Shown here: positions 10,292 to 21,256 of the stretch, one piece after another
How the letters are laid out: each line of letters starts with the position of its first letter
Position numbering within the stretch: position 1 is the first letter of the stretch
DNA from: an uncultured Gammaproteobacteria bacterium
Lineage (GTDB): Bacteria > Pseudomonadota > Gammaproteobacteria > DRLM01
Assembly (NCBI GenBank): GCA_963729605.1
Contig: CAVSNY010000007.1
Location: 544,001 to 608,000 of the forward strand
DNA: 64,000 bases
Direction: 5' to 3'
The notes under the pieces: generated by a model
The model's database searches: none
Seen by the model: the letters and a program-made list of their open reading frames with translations, nothing else
What the model was told of the DNA's origin: nothing
Program-made: the position numbers and the translations under genes

Positions 10292-12934
10292 TCAGGGGAA
10301 GACGGATGACGAGGCCGGCAGCCGGATGATCCGGGTATTTTGCAGGACGGCGTGGGTGGCGGCGGTGTCGATGGGCCGATAAAACAAATAACCTTGCGCG
10401 GAATCGCAGCCGTAGGCGCGCAGGAAGGCCAGTTGTTCCGGTGTCTCGACACCCTCGGCGACCACGTAGAGGTCGAGGGCATGGGTGAGGTTGATGATCG
10501 ACTCCACGATGCGGGCGTTGCGGCGGTTCTCGGTCATGTCGGCGACGAAGCTGCGGTCGATCTTGAGTGAATCCACCGGCAGCCGCGCCAGGTAGTTCAA
10601 CGACGAATAGCCGGTGCCGAAGTCGTCGATGGTGAATTTGACCCCGATCTCGCGCAGGGCGTGCATGACCTTCAGGGCATTGTCGATGTCGGGCATCACC
10701 GCGCTTTCGGTGATTTCGAGCTTGAGCAATTCCGGCGCGACGCCGGTGCGGCCGATGATGTCGGAGATCATGGTGTGAATCTCGGGGTGGCGCAATTGGC
10801 GGGGCGATAGATTCACCGACATGACGATCGACAAGCCTTCGTCGTGCCATTGCTTGGCGAGATAACAGGCCGCCTCCAACACCCAGTTGCCGATGGCGAC
10901 GATCATGCCGGTCTCTTCCGCGAGCGGAATGAAGTCGAGCGGCGAGATCAGGCGGCCGTCATCGCCGCGCCAGCGGATCAAGGCCTCCACGCCGATGATC
11001 GCGTCGGCATCGAGCGACACCTGGGGCTGAAAGAACAGCTCGAATTGTTCTTTTATCAAGGCCTGATGCAGACGCGACTCGATGCTCAAACGGCTCTTCG
11101 CCAGCGCATTCATGTCCGCCGTATAAAATTGATAGGCGTTGCCGCCGGTGTCCTGCACCCGGGCCAGGGCGGTGCCGGCGTCGCGCAGCAGGCTCTCCGC
11201 GTTGTCGGCGTCTTGGGGAAAGGTGGCGGCGCCGATGCTGATGCTGAGGGTGATGCTTTGCTGGCCGAGGGTGACCGGCGTCGCGAAGGTGTCGGTCAGC
11301 CGTTTCACCAGGCTCACCGCTTCGTCCAATTCCCGCAGCCCGATCATGAGCAAGGCGAACTGATTGCCGCCGACCCGCGCCGCGGTGTAGAACTCGCCGG
11401 CCAGCGCGCTGCTGCGCAGCGCCACTTCCTGAATCAGATTTTCGCCTTCGCGGATCCCCAGGCTTTGCTCCACGGTCTCGTATTGGTCGATGCTGAAAGT
11501 GACGATGGCGACCATGGCGTGGTCGTGACGCGCGGCGCGGATGGCCTGCCCGGTCCGTTCCAACAGCAGTTTTTGGTTGGCAAGGCCGGTGGCGCGGTCG
11601 TGATAGGTGAGGAATTCGAGTTTTTGCTCGGCGTGTTTGCGGTCGGTGATGTCGAGAATCAAACCATCCCAGACGATGCTGCCGTCCCCTTGGGGCGGCC
11701 GCGGCCGCGAACGGCCGTGTATCCAGCGGATCGCCCGATTTTTATGTTGGACGCGAATCTCCATTTCCCAAGGGGCCAGATTGGCGGCCGAGGTTTCCAC
11801 CGATTGAATCAGCGGCACGCGGTCTTCCGGAAAAATACTGCTCAATAAGAAATTGGGATTGCGCATCGCCTCTTCTGACGAATAGCCATAGAGATCCTCG
11901 ACCGCGCGGCTGATGTAAGGGATAGAGTAGCGCCCGTCCGCCGCGCGCTTGAATTGATAAATCACGCCGGGGACGTGATCGGCCAGGCTGGAGAGCAGGG
12001 CCTCGCGTTCGCGGAGGGTCTCGGTGGTGATCAGGCGTTGAAAGGCGCCGCTCAGTTGATTGGCCACCGCCACCAGGATGCGGCTGATGCGGGCGTCGGG
12101 CCGCAGCGTGCGGCTGGTGAAGAAGCTCAATAAAGTAATCGGTTTGCCGTTGTGTCCGATTATGGGTAGCACCAGCCCCGCGCGCAGCCCGGCCTGCGCG
12201 GCGCTGGCCTGGCGCGAAAAACGCGGCGGCGGGACGCGCTGCAAATCCTTCACATAACGGGTCTTGCCGGAGATCCACGACCAGCCCGCCAGATCCTCGC
12301 CGCGCCGCAGCACTTGGCTTTCGCCTTGTTGGCGAAATTCCTTGAAGCGCTGGCGGTCGCCCCACCAAATGGGCGAGCAGCGCAGGGTGTCGGTGTCGGG
12401 ATCGGGGACCCAGGCCTCGCCGTAATCCCAGTTGAGCTCGATGCCCATGGCCCGTAGCGCCTCTTGCAGGACGTAGTCCGAGTCGTCGGAGATCGAAGCG
12501 GATTGGGCGATCTGCAACAATAAATGGACTTCACTCTCCGAGCGTTGGCGGGCGCGGCGGATCTCGGCCTCGCGCAGTTCCCGCAAGATGGCCGGACCGA
12601 GGCGGGCGAGCTGATTTTTCAAGATGTAATCGTGGGCGCCGTCGCGCATCATGGCGACCGCGACGTCTTCACCGATGGTGCCGGAGACCACGATGAAAGG
12701 GATGTCGAGATCCAGACTTTTCAGCACGCCGAGGGCGGCCGGCGCGCTGAAGCGGGGCATGGTGTAATCGCAGAGGATGAGGTCGGGTTCGCTCTGCAGC
12801 GCCTCGCGGAAACGCACTTCATCCTCCACCCGCTGCATCTCGTATTCGATGCCGTATTCGGTGAGCGTCAGGCAGCATAACTCGACGTCGTATTCGTTGT
12901 CCTCGACGGCGAGGATTTTCAGTTTCTTTTTCAT
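10292..12934 (-). CDS. REC-GAF-PAS-GGDEF(degenerate)-EAL c-di-GMP phosphodiesterase
   Basis: N-terminal receiver, GAF, PAS, GGNQF in place of GGDEF, intact EAL motifs. Confidence 0.88.
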   Translation of the reverse strand: MKKKLKILAVEDNEYDVELCCLTLTEYGIEYEMQRVEDEVRFREALQSEPDLILCDYTMPRFSAPAALGVLKSLDLDIPFIVVSGTIGEDVAVAMMRDGAHDYILKNQLARLGPAILRELREAEIRRARQRSESEVHLLLQIAQSASISDDSDYVLQEALRAMGIELNWDYGEAWVPDPDTDTLRCSPIWWGDRQRFKEFRQQGESQVLRRGEDLAGWSWISGKTRYVKDLQRVPPPRFSRQASAAQAGLRAGLVLPIIGHNGKPITLLSFFTSRTLRPDARISRILVAVANQLSGAFQRLITTETLREREALLSSLADHVPGVIYQFKRAADGRYSIPYISRAVEDLYGYSSEEAMRNPNFLLSSIFPEDRVPLIQSVETSAANLAPWEMEIRVQHKNRAIRWIHGRSRPRPPQGDGSIVWDGLILDITDRKHAEQKLEFLTYHDRATGLANQKLLLERTGQAIRAARHDHAMVAIVTFSIDQYETVEQSLGIREGENLIQEVALRSSALAGEFYTAARVGGNQFALLMIGLRELDEAVSLVKRLTDTFATPVTLGQQSITLSISIGAATFPQDADNAESLLRDAGTALARVQDTGGNAYQFYTADMNALAKSRLSIESRLHQALIKEQFELFFQPQVSLDADAIIGVEALIRWRGDDGRLISPLDFIPLAEETGMIVAIGNWVLEAACYLAKQWHDEGLSIVMSVNLSPRQLRHPEIHTMISDIIGRTGVAPELLKLEITESAVMPDIDNALKVMHALREIGVKFTIDDFGTGYSSLNYLARLPVDSLKIDRSFVADMTENRRNARIVESIINLTHALDLYVVAEGVETPEQLAFLRAYGCDSAQGYLFYRPIDTAATHAVLQNTRIIRLPASSSVFP

Positions 12935-13386
12935 GAAGCCGGTCGGCTCGGCGGCGCGACTTCGTTGAGGAGCAGCCAATACAATCCCAGCTGGCCGACG
13001 CATTCGAGGAAACGTTCGAAATCCACCGGCTTGCGCAGATAGCTGTTGGCCCCCAGTGAATAACTGCGGAGGATGTCTTCTTCTTCCTTGGACGAGGTCA
13101 AGACCACCACCGGAATGAGTTTGGTGCGGGGATCGTTGCGGATCCGTTGCAGTACCTCCAGGCCGCTGACCTTGGGCAGTTTGAGATCGAGCAGGATTAC
13201 CGCCAGATCCTGCGTGAAGCTTTTGCCGGTGAAATGGCCTTGTTCGAACAGGAAGTCCAAGGCCTCCGCGCCGTCGCGGACGATTTCCACGCGGTTGAGA
13301 ATATTGTTCTTCTTGAGGGCGAGTAAAGTGAGTTCTTCATCGTCTGGATTGTCTTCAACCAACAGGATGGCCTTGGCGTGACTCAT
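12931..13386 (-). CDS. Single-domain response regulator
   Basis: [30 protein letters not shown]. Confidence 0.92.
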   Translation of the reverse strand: MSHAKAILLVEDNPDDEELTLLALKKNNILNRVEIVRDGAEALDFLFEQGHFTGKSFTQDLAVILLDLKLPKVSGLEVLQRIRNDPRTKLIPVVVLTSSKEEEDILRSYSLGANSYLRKPVDFERFLECVGQLGLYWLLLNEVAPPSRPAS

Positions 13387-15707
13387 TGCGGATCTCCTAT
13401 GCCGGGAATGTAAATGAAGAGGGTGGTGCCTTTGCCGACCTCGGCCTCGGCCCATACCCGTCCGCCGTGTTTGGCGATGACGCGGTGCACGGTGGCGAGC
13501 CCGATGCCGGTGCCTTCGAACTCCGATGTGGAATGCAGGCGTTGGAAGGCGCCGAATAATTTATTGCTGTAAGTCATGTCGAAGCCGGCACCGTTGTCCT
13601 TTATATATAAAACCGCTTGTTCATCGATGACGCGGACGCCGATCTCGATATGCGCGGGGTCCCGCTCGCGGGTGAACTTCCAGGCGTTTTCGATGAGGTT
13701 GCGCCAGACGATTTCCATGAGGGCGGTGTCGGCGACGGCGTGGAGGGCGGGGGCGATGACGGTCTGCACATTGCGTTCCGGGTAGGCGCTCTGCTGTTCC
13801 ATAGTGATGCGCTGGGTCATGGCGGTGATGTCGATTGGGCCGGGCGTGATTTCGGTACGGGTGACCCGCGACAATTTCAACATGTCATCGATGAGTTGTC
13901 CCATGCGTTGGCTGGCGTTGCGTACCCGGCCCAAGTAATTCTGTCCCTGGGCGTCGAGGTGAGCGGCATGATCACTCATGAGGGCCTTGCTGAAGCCGTC
14001 GATGGCGCGCAGCGGCGCGCGCAGGTCGTGGGAGACCGAATAGGAAAAGGCTTCGAGTTCGCGGTTGGCCGCTTCGAGTTGGGCGGTGCGCTCCTGGACG
14101 CGGCGTTCGAGATTTTCGTTGAGGTGTCTGATCTCGGTTTCCGCCCGCTTGCGGTCGGTGATGTCGCGCAGGTAGCCGGTAAAATAGCGGCGCTCCGAGA
14201 CTTGTATCAGGGAAATGGCCAGCTCGACCGGAAAAATGCCGCCGTCTTGTCGGCGCGCGGTCATCTCCAGGCGTCGGCCTATCACCGAACCTTTGCCGGT
14301 TCGCAGATAATGCTCGAGTCCGCGTTGGTGGGCCGAACGCAGTTCCGGCGGGATCATGATCTCGGCCAAGGGCTTGCCGATGACCTGATCACGGCGATAA
14401 CCGAAAGTGCGTTCGGCCGCGGGATTAAACTCGATGATGTTGCCTTGGTCATCCATGCTGACGATGCAGTCGAACGCCGATTCGAACATGGCGCGGATGC
14501 GCGTCTCGCTGTCGCGCAGCGCGCGGGCATTGCGTTCCCGCTCGGTAATATCGTTGATCAGGAATAAATGGGCCGGGGTGGCCTTCCAACTGATTTCATG
14601 CCAGGTGAGCTCGACGTCGACCCGGCTGCCGTCCTTGCGCAAATGATGGGTGAGGGTGGGCCGCGGATTGAGCGAGGTCTTGAACGCATGCGCCGTAGCG
14701 GACCGGGCCGGTTGGACGAGGGTTTCCGGCATGACCTTGTCGATTTTCATGACCAGGAATTCGGCTTCGCTGTAACCGTAGTGCAACACCGCGGCGCGAT
14801 TCACCGCGAGAAATCGCCGCGAGTCCCAGTTGACGATCCACATCGGCAAGGGGCTTTCCTCGAACAGCAGGCGATAGTCGTGCTCTCTGGCCTGCAAGGC
14901 GTCCTGCGCCTGTACGCGCTGATGGATTTCTTGATCGAGTTCGGTGATTTTTCGTTCGAGATCGGCCTGAGCGGCCGAGAGTTCCCGGTCGCGGCTCTCG
15001 ATTTCACCGAGCATGTCGTTGAAACCGTCGACCAGTCTGCCGAGTTCGTCGTTACCGTGGCGGCGGGCGCGCAGCGAGTAGTGTTTGCTGGCGGTGACCC
15101 GGCTCATGGTATCGAGCAGGGAAGAGATGGGCTGGGTCAAGATGCGCTGGGTCTTGACCGCGGCCCAGGTCGCGGCGATCAGCACCAGGATCATCAGCGA
15201 CAGGGTGAAGGTGAGGAAACCCACCACATTCTCCTGCCATTCCAGGGTGTCGCCGACGAGTTGGAGTTGGCCCAGGCGTTGGTTCTGGTGGACGATGGGC
15301 GTCGAGACCGTGATGAAGGCGGGAAACCATTCGTCGGAATCGGACGCCGGCGGGTCGGCGCTTTGCCCGCGGCTGTAGCGCGCGAAGATTTTTTGATTTT
15401 GATCGAAAACCATGGCCTGGGTGATATGGGGGTGCACGCGCAGCGCGGATAAAACTTCGTTGGCGGCGGACGGATCGTTGAAAGCGAGGGCGGCCTTGCT
15501 GTTTTCGGCGAGTACGCCGGCGATGATGGCGAGCGATTGCTGGAGATCGCGCTCGAATTGCAGGCGGTTTTGCAGCAACAGTCCCGCCGCGGCCAGCAAT
15601 AAACACGTGGCACTGATGTAGATGATGATTTGCACCAGCTTCCATTTGATGGAGGTGGCCCTGGCCGACAGCGCTTGCGAACGGTCGGCGGAGATCAGCG
15701 CATTCAT
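13383..15707 (-). CDS. Membrane sensor histidine kinase (periplasmic-HAMP-PAS-PAS-HisKA-HATPase)
   Basis: Two TM segments, HAMP, PAS motifs, FSYSVSHDLRAP, NAWKF, GTGIGL. Confidence 0.92.
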   Translation of the reverse strand: MNALISADRSQALSARATSIKWKLVQIIIYISATCLLLAAAGLLLQNRLQFERDLQQSLAIIAGVLAENSKAALAFNDPSAANEVLSALRVHPHITQAMVFDQNQKIFARYSRGQSADPPASDSDEWFPAFITVSTPIVHQNQRLGQLQLVGDTLEWQENVVGFLTFTLSLMILVLIAATWAAVKTQRILTQPISSLLDTMSRVTASKHYSLRARRHGNDELGRLVDGFNDMLGEIESRDRELSAAQADLERKITELDQEIHQRVQAQDALQAREHDYRLLFEESPLPMWIVNWDSRRFLAVNRAAVLHYGYSEAEFLVMKIDKVMPETLVQPARSATAHAFKTSLNPRPTLTHHLRKDGSRVDVELTWHEISWKATPAHLFLINDITERERNARALRDSETRIRAMFESAFDCIVSMDDQGNIIEFNPAAERTFGYRRDQVIGKPLAEIMIPPELRSAHQRGLEHYLRTGKGSVIGRRLEMTARRQDGGIFPVELAISLIQVSERRYFTGYLRDITDRKRAETEIRHLNENLERRVQERTAQLEAANRELEAFSYSVSHDLRAPLRAIDGFSKALMSDHAAHLDAQGQNYLGRVRNASQRMGQLIDDMLKLSRVTRTEITPGPIDITAMTQRITMEQQSAYPERNVQTVIAPALHAVADTALMEIVWRNLIENAWKFTRERDPAHIEIGVRVIDEQAVLYIKDNGAGFDMTYSNKLFGAFQRLHSTSEFEGTGIGLATVHRVIAKHGGRVWAEAEVGKGTTLFIYIPGIGDPQ

Positions 15708-16234
15708 GAGACGCCCTCCGCCAGCCTCAAGACTTGCGCGGGGATGCGCAGGCCGGCGCGTTGGGCGGCCTGCTGGTTGACGCGAAACCGCAGCCGGCCG
15801 TCGACGAGCAAAAGGGTGATCATCCCGTCGTCGATCTCGGGATTGCCGGCATCGACGACCGTGAGTATGGGGAGGTTCCTGGTGTCGTCGAGGATGGCGC
15901 GCCCCAAGCCGCCGGTCGGGTTGGTGATGAAGACCAGTTGGCAGTGCTGAACGGTGGCGGCGTTGTTGAGCAGAGTCACGTTCAAACGCCGGTTACCGAT
16001 GTCTTTGCTCTTGGCGTCATTGAGCGCGCGGGCGATTTTAGGGTCGCCGACGATGCACAGATTAAATGCCGAAGCATCGAGCTCGGCGTCGGCTTTCGGC
16101 CATTGGATGAACCGGGCGAAATTAAACAAATAGGCCGCCTTGACCTGGGTCGCGAGGTCGATATCGTCGGCCGCCGCCAACGTGTGGGTAAGAACCGCGC
16201 AACCGAGCGTGATGAAGACGAGTAGACGTTTCAT
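15704..16234 (-). CDS. YfiR/DUF4154 family periplasmic protein
   Basis: Signal peptide, VKAAYLFNFARFIQWP, LRFRVN...LRLA. Confidence 0.85.
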   Translation of the reverse strand: MKRLLVFITLGCAVLTHTLAAADDIDLATQVKAAYLFNFARFIQWPKADAELDASAFNLCIVGDPKIARALNDAKSKDIGNRRLNVTLLNNAATVQHCQLVFITNPTGGLGRAILDDTRNLPILTVVDAGNPEIDDGMITLLLVDGRLRFRVNQQAAQRAGLRIPAQVLRLAEGVS

Positions 16235-16252
16235 GCAATGTGCCGTGGTTCC

Positions 16253-18196
16253 CTAAAGTTGCAGGATCAATTCGACGAAGCCACTGGGCGCGACCTTGGT
16301 CGCCTCGATGCCGGGTTGTTCGTAATGGGGGCCATGGAACAGGTTTCTGCCGGCCAAGACCCATTCGACTCGAGACGAAAGACGCCAGCCCAGCCGCAGA
16401 TCGGCCACCGTGTAGGCGTCGACGTTCAAGGCGGGCAGTTCGTCCACGTAACGCAGGGTGAGGTCCACTCTGGTGTGCGGCGAAGTTTGCCAGCCGTTGT
16501 GATAACTCGCCTGATGGCGGGGCGCGCCGCCCTGGGTGGTCCGCCGCCGATTGTTGTCGGTGCCGCCGGCGGCGAGCTCGAGGTTGAGATCGAGGTAACT
16601 GTAGGTGAAGTCCATCCGCCAGGCCGGCGTGGGCGTGGCGCGCACGGCGAGTTCAAAACCGTGGGCGTCGCCTTGCATATTGTTGGTGAAGATGCCGTTG
16701 TCGATGGTGGTGAGCCGCGAATAATCGTTGAAAAAAATCGCGGTGTCGATGAAGAGGTCGGGCCGCGGCAAGAGCCGATAACCCACCTGGTAGGCGGTCA
16801 ACAATTCCGAGTTAAAATCGGGATTGCCGCGGGCGTTGGGCGTGATGATGCTGGTCTCGGCGCGGGTCGGCGCGCGCGCGGTGCGGGCGATCGACGCCCA
16901 CAGCGTGTGCGCGGTGTTGGGATACCAGGCGTAGTGAATGCTCGGCTGAATTTCGGTGCCGGAGTAATCGTTGCGTTCCACTTTGCTGCCGATGTCGAGT
17001 TTATGCCGGTCGGGGACCAGCCAGATTTCATCGACCAGGCGCACGCTGTAAGTTTCATCGCTGCGCCGATCTTGCATGACATCCAACAAGGCGGGCGTGA
17101 TGCGGTCGGCGGTGTAGCGATATTCGGCGCCCCAGTTGAGGGTGTGGCGGCCGGTACCGAGCCGGACCCGCTCCTGGTATTCCATGGCGTAGGTGTGGCG
17201 CTTTTCCTTGAGGAAATAATGGTCCACTTCGAACCAGTCGTAATTGGCTTGCAGCCAATTCTGTTTTTTGTCGTCGTTTGGGCTGAGGTCGAGTTTCGCC
17301 AGCAGGTTATAACCGCGATGATTGACTTCGCGCGGCCCGCTCGGACCGAATTCATCGGCGCTGCCTTCATAGGTGTTGCCCTTGATCGTCAACGCGTTAT
17401 TCGAGGCCAGGGTGCTGTCGGTGCGGAAGCCGGCGCGGGCCATTTTATATTCGTCTTGGGCGTTGCTGTTTTGCGGGCTGGGTTCGCGGTGAGTGTATTT
17501 CGCAAAGACCCGGCTCGCGGTCCCGCCGCTGCTGCGCCAGCCTTGGCGGGCGTCGATGAAGCCGCTTTCGATGTTCCCGCCGCCGGTCTCGACATAAGTG
17601 CCCTGCGTATCGTGGGCATGTTTGGTGATGATGTTGATCACGCCGTTGACGGCGTTGACGCCCCATTGGGTGCCGCCCGGGCCGCGGATGACCTCGATGC
17701 GTTCGATGTTTTCCAACATCACGTCGTTGGCCTCCCAGAACACGCCGCCGAAGAACGGATCGTAGATGCTGCGGCCGTCGACCAGCACCAGTAATTTATT
17801 GGCGGTGCGAGTGGCGAAACCGCGGATGCTGACCGCCCATTTGTTGCCGTCGAGACTGGCGACCTGCACGCCCGGAATGATGCGCAGGATGTTCGGTATG
17901 TTGCGCGCGCCGCTGCGGCGGATGTCCTCGGCGGTGAGGACGAAAAGGGCGGCGGGCACTCGAAAGAACGGGTCCTCCGATTTCGACGCGCTGACGACTT
18001 GAATGGCGATCAGCTCTTCCAGGGAGATTCGGCTGATGTCGATTTGCGGTGCGCCCGATGCGTAACGAGAAAAGATGCTCATGAACGCGAGGCTGACCAA
18101 CCCTATTTTCAGGTGCCGACTCATCGGGATTAACGCCATAGTCACCGCTCTTAAAAAATCAGCCGTTGCTGCGTTGATAAATATAACGAGACGCAC
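16253..18196 (-). CDS. TonB-dependent receptor
   Basis: Plug motifs (SASK, EDIRRSGA, IERIEVIRGPG, GVINIITK) and beta-barrel; start uncertain. Confidence 0.88.
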   Translation of the reverse strand: MRLVIFINAATADFLRAVTMALIPMSRHLKIGLVSLAFMSIFSRYASGAPQIDISRISLEELIAIQVVSASKSEDPFFRVPAALFVLTAEDIRRSGARNIPNILRIIPGVQVASLDGNKWAVSIRGFATRTANKLLVLVDGRSIYDPFFGGVFWEANDVMLENIERIEVIRGPGGTQWGVNAVNGVINIITKHAHDTQGTYVETGGGNIESGFIDARQGWRSSGGTASRVFAKYTHREPSPQNSNAQDEYKMARAGFRTDSTLASNNALTIKGNTYEGSADEFGPSGPREVNHRGYNLLAKLDLSPNDDKKQNWLQANYDWFEVDHYFLKEKRHTYAMEYQERVRLGTGRHTLNWGAEYRYTADRITPALLDVMQDRRSDETYSVRLVDEIWLVPDRHKLDIGSKVERNDYSGTEIQPSIHYAWYPNTAHTLWASIARTARAPTRAETSIITPNARGNPDFNSELLTAYQVGYRLLPRPDLFIDTAIFFNDYSRLTTIDNGIFTNNMQGDAHGFELAVRATPTPAWRMDFTYSYLDLNLELAAGGTDNNRRRTTQGGAPRHQASYHNGWQTSPHTRVDLTLRYVDELPALNVDAYTVADLRLGWRLSSRVEWVLAGRNLFHGPHYEQPGIEATKVAPSGFVELILQL

Positions 18197-19052
18197 GCGC
18201 CTCCATTCACCGTTGCCATCGCTTCACTATGTATCAACAGTATTGAGGACGTTCTTCACCTCCGACAACGAATTTGCGTGGCGCGACGCATCGGTTGACT
18301 CGGAATACCTGCCGCCGTCGCGTTGAGGGCGGTACGGCCGTGGCGGGCTCGAGTGAGATGATGGCCCGCGCCGGTGAAAAAACTTGATCCATTGACGAGT
18401 TTTTCCCTTGCGATAGGGAACAGCGCTAGCCCCGTGCGTTGGTTTTTAGTGCTGTTGGAGGTCATGCTCAACTCACGGCTGGAAATTTCGCCGAATAGAT
18501 TTTCCGCGCCGCCTGAGAGGGCGGTTCGCGGGTGATGATTATAGAATTCTCTTTCAAGGACCAGGCCTCATATGATACGTGATGGGCCAGGCGCCATGAT
18601 TCGTACATATATGTTCATCCATCGGTGCGCGTTCCCTGCTGAGTCATCCACCGCCGCGTCCAGGGCCATGGGGCATGAAAACGGTTGATTCCGACACTTA
18701 AGCCACGATATCAACCCATCCCCCGTCATTGGCATCCCGCCATGTTAAAAGACCCCGCCGGCATGCGAGGTCTGAACATCCCATGGCCTATTCAGCGCGC
18801 CGTGGGTGGGACTATAAATCAATAGTCTAAAGCCCGGCCAAATGCAAATTGTCTTTCGTGACCTGGACTTATTGCGTAGTTATTGGGTGGTAATGTAGGC
18901 GTCGCAACGCCGCGGGCGACATGGACAAGCCCTGCGACGGCGGGATGTTAATCGCGTGACCGATGTATAGCCTGTGATGGCGTGGCGTGGGTGCGCCGGT
19001 CAAAGGCGGCCGTGAAATGAATGGTCATGGGTGGAGGAGGCTTGATATTTTA

Positions 19053-19128
19053 TGGTGGCCAGGGACGGAATCGAACCGCCGACACGGGGATTTTCAGTCC
19101 CCTGCTCTACCAACTGAGCTACCTGGCC
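19053..19128 (-). tRNA. tRNA-Phe(GAA)
   Basis: GGCCAGGTAGCTCAGTTGGTAGAGC...CTGAAAA...GGTTCGATTCCGTCCCTGGCCACCA, 76 nt. Confidence 0.97.
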
Positions 19129-19502
19129 CCGAGAGAACGCGTATTAAAGCGACTGGGCGGCCTCGAGTCAAGCCGCGTCGGGGGCCAGGATGCTGAAAAA
19201 TGTTGGGAATTGACCCCGCGTGATGGAAAAAGGCTGGTGAAGTCTCGAAGGCGCGCCGCGCGATATGCGGCGCAGGGCTCTGGGGGGCGTGATGAGCATG
19301 CGGCTCTTGGCATGGATACTGGCCTGCCCAGGCCGATTCGAGTGAAAATAGTCACCAAGCGTTGTAAAGAAGTAAAGGTGGCCGGGGGAGGGCCGGGCAG
19401 TACCCAACTTGGGCCGATGTTTAATGCGGCTTTTAATAATCAAGGAAAAAAATGCAAGCTTCGGTTTCCGGTACGCCCGGACTGTTTTCTGAGCGGAGAT
19501 TG

Positions 19503-20519
19503 ATGGAGCGGTGCGCGTTATGTCCAATCGCGGTTCGTGTCGGGGTAATGGGCCTGGCCTTGGCCCTCGCGGCTTGTAGCGATAAACCGGATGCGCAACA
19601 GGCGGCCCCGCCCCATCACGCCATCGTCAACGTGGATATGGTGCTGATCCCCGCCGGCGAGTTCATCATGGGCAGCGATAAGGTCGATGAAAAAGGCCTG
19701 CAAAAGGAATACGGCATGGTCGATCCGCTGTATCTCAACGAACACCCGCGGCGCAGCCTCTTTCTCGATGCATACTTCATCGACAAATATGAGGTGAACA
19801 ACGGCGAGTACAAGGTGTTCGTGGCGGAGATGAAGGAACGGGTCAAGGCGCAGGGCAAGGACTATCCGGAGCCTCTGGACTGGGTGCAGAACGGTTACAA
19901 CGTCAGCGATAAAAAATTGATGGACGCGCATGTGGACAGCCTGCGCTGGATCGCCAGTGAATATTTCAAGCTCGACCGCGATACCACTCAAATGGACAAG
20001 CAGACCCTGCTCGACGAACTGTTCAAGATTCAACGCCACCGCGACACCCTGCCGGTGACCGGCGTCAATTGGTACGACGCCTACAGTTATTGCGCATGGG
20101 CCGGCAAGCGCCTGCCCCGCGAGGCGGAGTGGGAAAAGGCGGCGCGCGGCGAAAACGGTTTGGAATATCCCTGGGGTGACGCCTGGGAGGACGGCAAGGC
20201 CAATACCGGCGAGGACCGCGACGCCGACGAGGCGGTGGCGCCGGTGGGTTCCTTTCCCGGCGATAAATCGCCTTTCGGTGTATTCGATATGTCGGGCAAT
20301 GTCTCGGAGTGGGTGAACGACTGGTATCAGGCCTATCCCGGCGCCGAGTATCAGCATCCGCTCTACGGCGAGTTGCACAAGGTCTTGCGCGGCGGCGGCG
20401 CCGGCATGGGCCATTATGCGCTACAGGCCTTTTTCCGCGGCGCGCGGCGCGCCCACGCCGATCCGACCCTGGGCGGCACCGACGTCGGTTTCCGTTGCGC
20501 GCAGGATGTCCCGCATTAA
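19503..20519 (+). CDS. FGE-sulfatase (SUMF1-like) domain lipoprotein
   Basis: Lipobox LAAC, IPAGEFIMG, RLPREAEWEKAARG, DMSGNVSEW, GFRCA. Confidence 0.85.
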   Translation: MERCALCPIAVRVGVMGLALALAACSDKPDAQQAAPPHHAIVNVDMVLIPAGEFIMGSDKVDEKGLQKEYGMVDPLYLNEHPRRSLFLDAYFIDKYEVNNGEYKVFVAEMKERVKAQGKDYPEPLDWVQNGYNVSDKKLMDAHVDSLRWIASEYFKLDRDTTQMDKQTLLDELFKIQRHRDTLPVTGVNWYDAYSYCAWAGKRLPREAEWEKAARGENGLEYPWGDAWEDGKANTGEDRDADEAVAPVGSFPGDKSPFGVFDMSGNVSEWVNDWYQAYPGAEYQHPLYGELHKVLRGGGAGMGHYALQAFFRGARRAHADPTLGGTDVGFRCAQDVPH

Positions 20520-20587
20520 AGACCAGTCAACGCCGCGACAGGATTTGATTCATGGAAGCAGCCCTCTGCCGGGGGCCATGATGGTTG

Positions 20588-20752
20588 ACCACAAGGTAGC
20601 ACTACGAGGTAAAACCACGAGGTAAAACCACGAGGTAAAACCACGAGGTAAAACCACGAGGTAAAACCACGAGGTAAAACCACGAGGTAAAACCACGAGG
20701 TAAAACCACGAGGTAAAACCACGAGGTAAAACCACGAGGTAAAACCACGAGG
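20588..20752. repeat. 13-bp tandem repeat (ACCACGAGGTAAA)n
   Basis: Ten perfect units at 20614-20743, two degenerate units before and a 9-bp partial unit after. Confidence 0.95.
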
Positions 20753-20786
20753 CGCGTTCTGCGCGGCGTTGGTGTTTGCGATCTTA

Positions 20787-20833
20787 TCCCCTCCTTTCAT
20801 AAGGAGGGGTGGCCCGCAGGGCCGGGGTGGTTT
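20787..20833. repeat. REP-like double hairpin (CCCCTCCT...AGGAGGGG family)
   Basis: Same family occurs as an inverted pair at about 32489-32630. Confidence 0.6.
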
Positions 20834-20965
20834 TGCTTTATTGCTACGCCGGTTTTACCGCGGGCCATTTGCCTTGGCGGAAGCGGGTATTTCGTACCGC
20901 CTATGGCCCACGCGTCGATTTCATTGCGGGCCATTTCGCGGTGCGATTTTTAGAGTCGATATCCG

Positions 20966-21238
20966 TTATTTTTTCGGCGCCACGTAACCTTCGGGCAGGG
21001 CTGAACCGCCGCCGAAGAAATATTTTTCCATCTCGCCTTCCAGAAACTGGCGGGCCTTGGGGTCGAGCGGGGTGATGCGATTCTCGTTGATGAGCATGGT
21101 TTGATGTTTCAACCACATCTGCCAGGCCTCTTTCGAGACGTTTTCGAAGACGCGTTTGCCCAGTTCGCCGGGATAAGGCGCCATCGCCAGCCCTTCCGCT
21201 TGTTTACCCAGTTTGACGCATTTGACCATTCGAGACAT
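20966..21238 (-). CDS. yggX: Fe(II)-trafficking / oxidative damage protection protein
   Basis: MSRMVKC..., [18 protein letters not shown]; follows mutY. Confidence 0.93.
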   Translation of the reverse strand: MSRMVKCVKLGKQAEGLAMAPYPGELGKRVFENVSKEAWQMWLKHQTMLINENRITPLDPKARQFLEGEMEKYFFGGGSALPEGYVAPKK

Positions 21239-21256
21239 CGTTGCGCTCCATGCCGC

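Noticed and set aside
18200-19050. ncRNA or gene upstream of the TonB receptor
   Set aside because: No recognisable structure or ORF; treated as an uncharacterised regulatory region.
20588-20752. CRISPR array
   Set aside because: Units are 13 bp, contiguous and have no spacers; no cas genes are present.
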